DNA from: Octopus bimaculoides
Lineage: Eukaryota
Length of the DNA stretch: 64,000 nucleotides
NCBI RefSeq assembly: GCF_001194135.2
Contig: NC_068984.1
Location: forward strand, 18,047,765 to 18,111,764
Direction of reading: 5' to 3'
Numbering within the stretch: the first letter of the stretch is position 1; every line of letters starts with the position of its first letter. This document shows positions 62,451-64,000 of the stretch, one piece after another. A model generated the notes under the pieces. That model saw nothing but the letters and a program-made list of their open reading frames with translations, did not search any database and had not been told where the DNA came from. The translations under genes and the position numbers were made by a program.

Positions 62451-62739
62451 TACAGAATAAGTGGGAGACGTCTTGGTGTTTTGTCTGCATAGAGAATGCT
62501 AATTATTAAAATATGACTATAGGAGTTTTACTAGCGACTAATACCGTTGTGTTTGCTCTTTGTTATTATCAATAGCATGAACAAAAGTCAACTTTCAAGT
62601 TTTTCTCTTATTCAGAAAGATCAGTGCAACAGATCTCATTTCACTGGGTTTTATTGTTTTTAATTTTGATATTTGTTATTTTTATTAATCTATACATCTT
62701 AGCACCTAGTCCCGGTAATTTGTACACAATACTCTGCTA

Positions 62740-62952
62740 TAAACCTTTACTATTTAGATTACTCTGTCAAATATAATGCTTATTTATTCACATTATTTTG
62801 AATTAATCATATATTATCATGTAGCTTCAAAATTTTGATGTTGATTTTTACAATGACATTATAGGGTAGGTGTGAGAGGCGAGGTCTGTCTGGTTTCAAT
62901 TTAAAACTGGTAGAATATTTATCAAGAGCTGGCTAGTTTAAACATTAAAGGG
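62740..62952 (-). mobile_element. piggyBac-like MITE
   Basis: Colinear reverse complement of 10572-10795. Confidence 0.75.
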
Positions 62953-64000
62953 GTACATTGCAATATTATTGAGTTCATTGGATGAAGTTTTCATATCTCA
63001 CTCCTTGGCCTTTCGTTTTTGGTAAAAATCAAAAAAGAAAATATTTATGCATTTCACTTAACACTACATTATACCATCATGTGGTAGTTATAAATGCTGC
63101 AGATTAACAGTATAAATGATATAAATAATGCATGCCATCACTTAAAGATGAACTGGTCCTTGCTAAAGCTGTATTCAAATGCTCTTTCAATAATGGTATT
63201 TTAAAACCTGATTGGCAGGTTTAAATCTGGCATATAGACACCATTTAGGTGCTAGAACATAAAAAATAATGCAACGAAACAAATACAAGTTTTACATGAG
63301 ACAATACTTCATACATTGGTGATGACACGTATGCACAAATGTTCATGCACACTTACCTTTTATTTTCATACTATACACACACATTTCCTTTTAACACTGC
63401 TAAACTAAACTAGCCCTAAGAACTTAAATCTTCTCTTTACACTCATCTTTTGTTCTTTTTGAAACTTTTCCCTGATGCATTTCTCTGAAAATTTCCTCCC
63501 ATTTGTTTCAAATCCTACCACTTTCTTGACTGACTTGCACATAAACCTTACTAATCTCACCTAGTTATCCTTATATTTTGGTCTTGGAACACTTAAAAAA
63601 AAAATGCTATGGATATTGTCCGTCTTTCAGAAATCAGTGAAAATAATCCACATATTTTTAGATATGAATTTTAGATTTAGATGTTCTGTGTTAGTGGAAA
63701 TTCCATTGCAGTTGATGTTATCTGTTGTAACTGTGAATATATAGTTTTTTTTTTGTTTTTTTTAAGCCAATGAGATAGCTTCTATGTGTTGGCTCACTAT
63801 GCTAGAAATAACAACTAACATATCCTATGAATAACATCTCATTGCTTTAAAAAAAAATGGAAATAATGCTTTAACCAAACAGTCCTAAAAACTTCTGGCA
63901 TGGTCACAGGTGGAATGCCTTTAATCACAGGTCTGCTTGATCAGGTTGAGGTAGAATGATAAACATTCCATCATTGTTATCCTTCATTCTTTTGTTTCCA

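Noticed and set aside
63270-63420. DNTSYIGDDT as a Penelope GIY-YIG remnant
   Set aside because: Only a YIG tripeptide matches; flanking motifs are not recognisable.

Overview
AT-rich, repeat-dense eukaryotic DNA from a gapped draft assembly, with six N-gaps. The interspersed repeat families match, from recall and not from a database search, those I associate with Octopus (coleoid cephalopod) genomes. I cannot identify any protein-coding gene with confidence. Almost all ORFs in the supplied track come from microsatellites, N-gaps, SINEs or decayed transposons. The window looks like the inside of very long introns or intergenic DNA. Supported content: (1) more than 25 copies of at least four tRNA-type or RTE-tailed SINE families (working labels A-D). 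(2) Three Tc1/mariner relics: one full-length mariner (20423-21655), one internally deleted Tc1-like element (6324-7205) and one single-ended fragment. (3) hAT-like, piggyBac-like and Tc2/pogo-like MITEs. (4) CR1/L2-like and RTE-like LINE fossils and a Ty3/Gypsy integrase fossil. Strongest second-look signals: a 2-kb cluster (47.5-49.55 kb) of four minimal type I hammerhead-ribozyme-like motifs of the Penelope/retrozyme kind, three of them one family; a ~226-bp near-perfect foldback (39831-40056); and several candidate micro-exons and AG|GT (recursive-splice-like) sites that hint at an unidentified host gene. The splice-related calls are low confidence and occur on both strands.
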